From positions 1 to 15,340 of the forward strand of contig JBFMCO010000029.1 of the NCBI GenBank assembly GCA_040754495.1: a stretch of 15,340 nt of DNA, read 5' to 3'. Source of the stretch: Candidatus Micrarchaeota archaeon. GTDB taxonomy: Archaea > Micrarchaeota > Micrarchaeia > Anstonellales > Bilamarchaeaceae. Within the stretch, counting starts at the first letter, position 1, and each line of letters starts with the position of its first letter. Below the pieces are notes generated by a model. The model saw only the letters and a program-made list of their open reading frames with translations, was not told where the DNA came from and searched no databases. A program made the position numbers and the translations under genes. Of this stretch, positions 14,347 to 15,340 are shown in pieces.

Positions 14347-15081
14347 TCATCGAAGATGCGAGACGAGCCAGCCCGCGCTCTCGCTTATCATCCTGGAAAA
14401 ATGCGCCTCGTCGCGGAAGAAATGGTCCGCACCGTCCACCACTACCAGCTTTTTCTCGCATCTGAGCGCATCCATGAGCGAATACGCCTGCGATATGGGA
14501 ACCGTGACGTCCCTGCTGCCGTGGACGACCAGCGTGGGCGCGTTGATTTTTGATGCTATCGATTTCATATCATAGCCGGACTCGTCTTCATAGACTTCGT
14601 AGCTCCAGCGCCTGCCGAAAGGAGAATAAAACCCCTCGCGCTTCCAGCGCGCGACGCCCTCAGGGCCGAGGCGCTCGTCGGAAAGGCGTTTTCCGTCAAA
14701 AACCGGGCACTTCAGTGCAAGGGCTGAAAAAGGCAGTTTCGCGGCGGAAATGAGCGACGGGCTGCCGCTGAAGCTGGAGCCGGCAAGGCCGATGCGCGCA
14801 TATCCCTCCTTTTCCGCAAAGCCGTATATCGCGAGGATATTGTCCACGACTTTTGTGACCGTCAGCCTCTCCACATCACCCTCGCTCTCCCCGTGGCCGT
14901 ACATGTCGAAGGCGAGCGTGGATATGCCTGCGGCGTTGAGCCTTGATGACAGCCCGGCATTCGTCCGGCTGGCCTTGTCCGAAAGATACCCGTGCGCGAG
15001 AATTGCCAGCGCGCCGCTTCCCCGCGCCTTGGCGTAGAGGCAGCACACCCTGCCGCTCAATGACTCAACGAAAACTTCCAT
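14347..15081 (-). CDS. Alpha/beta-fold hydrolase
   Basis: HG oxyanion motif, FDMYGHGESEG, nucleophile elbow GSSFSG, HGSRDVTVP (Asp), GADHFF (His). Confidence 0.93.
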   Translation of the reverse strand: MEVFVESLSGRVCCLYAKARGSGALAILAHGYLSDKASRTNAGLSSRLNAAGISTLAFDMYGHGESEGDVERLTVTKVVDNILAIYGFAEKEGYARIGLAGSSFSGSPSLISAAKLPFSALALKCPVFDGKRLSDERLGPEGVARWKREGFYSPFGRRWSYEVYEDESGYDMKSIASKINAPTLVVHGSRDVTVPISQAYSLMDALRCEKKLVVVDGADHFFRDEAHFSRMISESAGWLVSHLR

Positions 15082-15181
15082 CCTCTCTCCAGCGAGGTTT
15101 ATGCAGGTGGGGATTTATTTGTTGCGGCGGACGCGTGGAAGAGCGCCGCAAGGAGTGGCCTCTGACAAATCTTTTTAATGA

Positions 15182-15205
15182 TTGCGACAGAGCATATTGT
15201 CGCAA
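15182..15205. promoter_or_regulatory. Palindrome TTGCGACA-N8-TGTCGCAA, possible operator
   Basis: Perfect 8-bp arms in a divergent intergenic region. Confidence 0.45.
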
Positions 15206-15273
15206 ACGAGGTGTTGATAGTCTAGGACAAAATTAGACGAACTTTTATAAATTGTCCTCCGTAGATACTATCT

Positions 15274-15340
15274 ATGGTCTGGCATCTACCAAAAGGAGAT
15301 GAATTCCTCCCCAAAATATCCGTTGAAGAGTTAAGGCAAA
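15274..15340 (+). CDS. 5' end of a gene running off the window, possibly the N-terminus of an IS630-family transposase/HTH
   Basis: MVWHLPKGDEFLPKISVEELRQ; TTTTATAA (15243-15250) lies 23 nt upstream. The family call is from recollection of similar N-termini and rests on only 22 aa. Confidence 0.45.
   Translation, partial: MVWHLPKGDEFLPKISVEELRQ

Noticed and set aside
6316-14753. Long overlapping ORFs in the track (e.g. 6316-6798, 7788-8183, 7930-8235, 8130-8666, 9384-10106, 11435-11887, 12054-12767, 12861-13319, 13422-14105, 14215-14553)
   Set aside because: Antisense or off-frame shadows of better-supported genes in GC-rich DNA, with no motifs.
15299-15334. ATG with AGGAG RBS giving an 11-aa peptide
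   Set aside because: The frame starting at ATG 15274 stays open, fits the TATA spacing and reads as protein.

Overview
The window looks archaeal, probably a DPANN (Micrarchaeota-like) genome. This is inferred from TATA boxes about 22-25 nt upstream of starts, GGTGA ribosome-binding sites and a split RsmF/PUA pair; the taxon is not verified. The right two-thirds (about 6.1-15.1 kb) is GC-rich and mostly ordinary: an HNH-like/ABM-like/VOC/msrA cluster, membrane and surface proteins, an RsmB/NOP2-family methyltransferase operon, a degenerate VapBC-like pair and an alpha/beta hydrolase, followed by the start of a possible IS630-family ORF at the edge. The AT-richer 1.2-6.1 kb segment is the notable part. 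Five co-oriented minus-strand modules lie there: RHH-RelE, sigma4-HTH/alphaCTD-like protein, Doc plus an unannotated 37-aa peptide, an unannotated 59-aa Zn ribbon, and a lipoprotein. They are separated by four copies of a 22-bp core (TCTCAATCTCTTTTATCTTTTC; two copies identical over 37 bp). Each core sits at the 3' end of a module, and three of the four junctions carry GNA-triloop hairpins favoured on the + strand. This resembles a gene-cassette array with non-attC junctions. No recombinase is present in the window, so the mechanism is inference. Four small ORFs below the ORF-track cutoff were found by hand translation.
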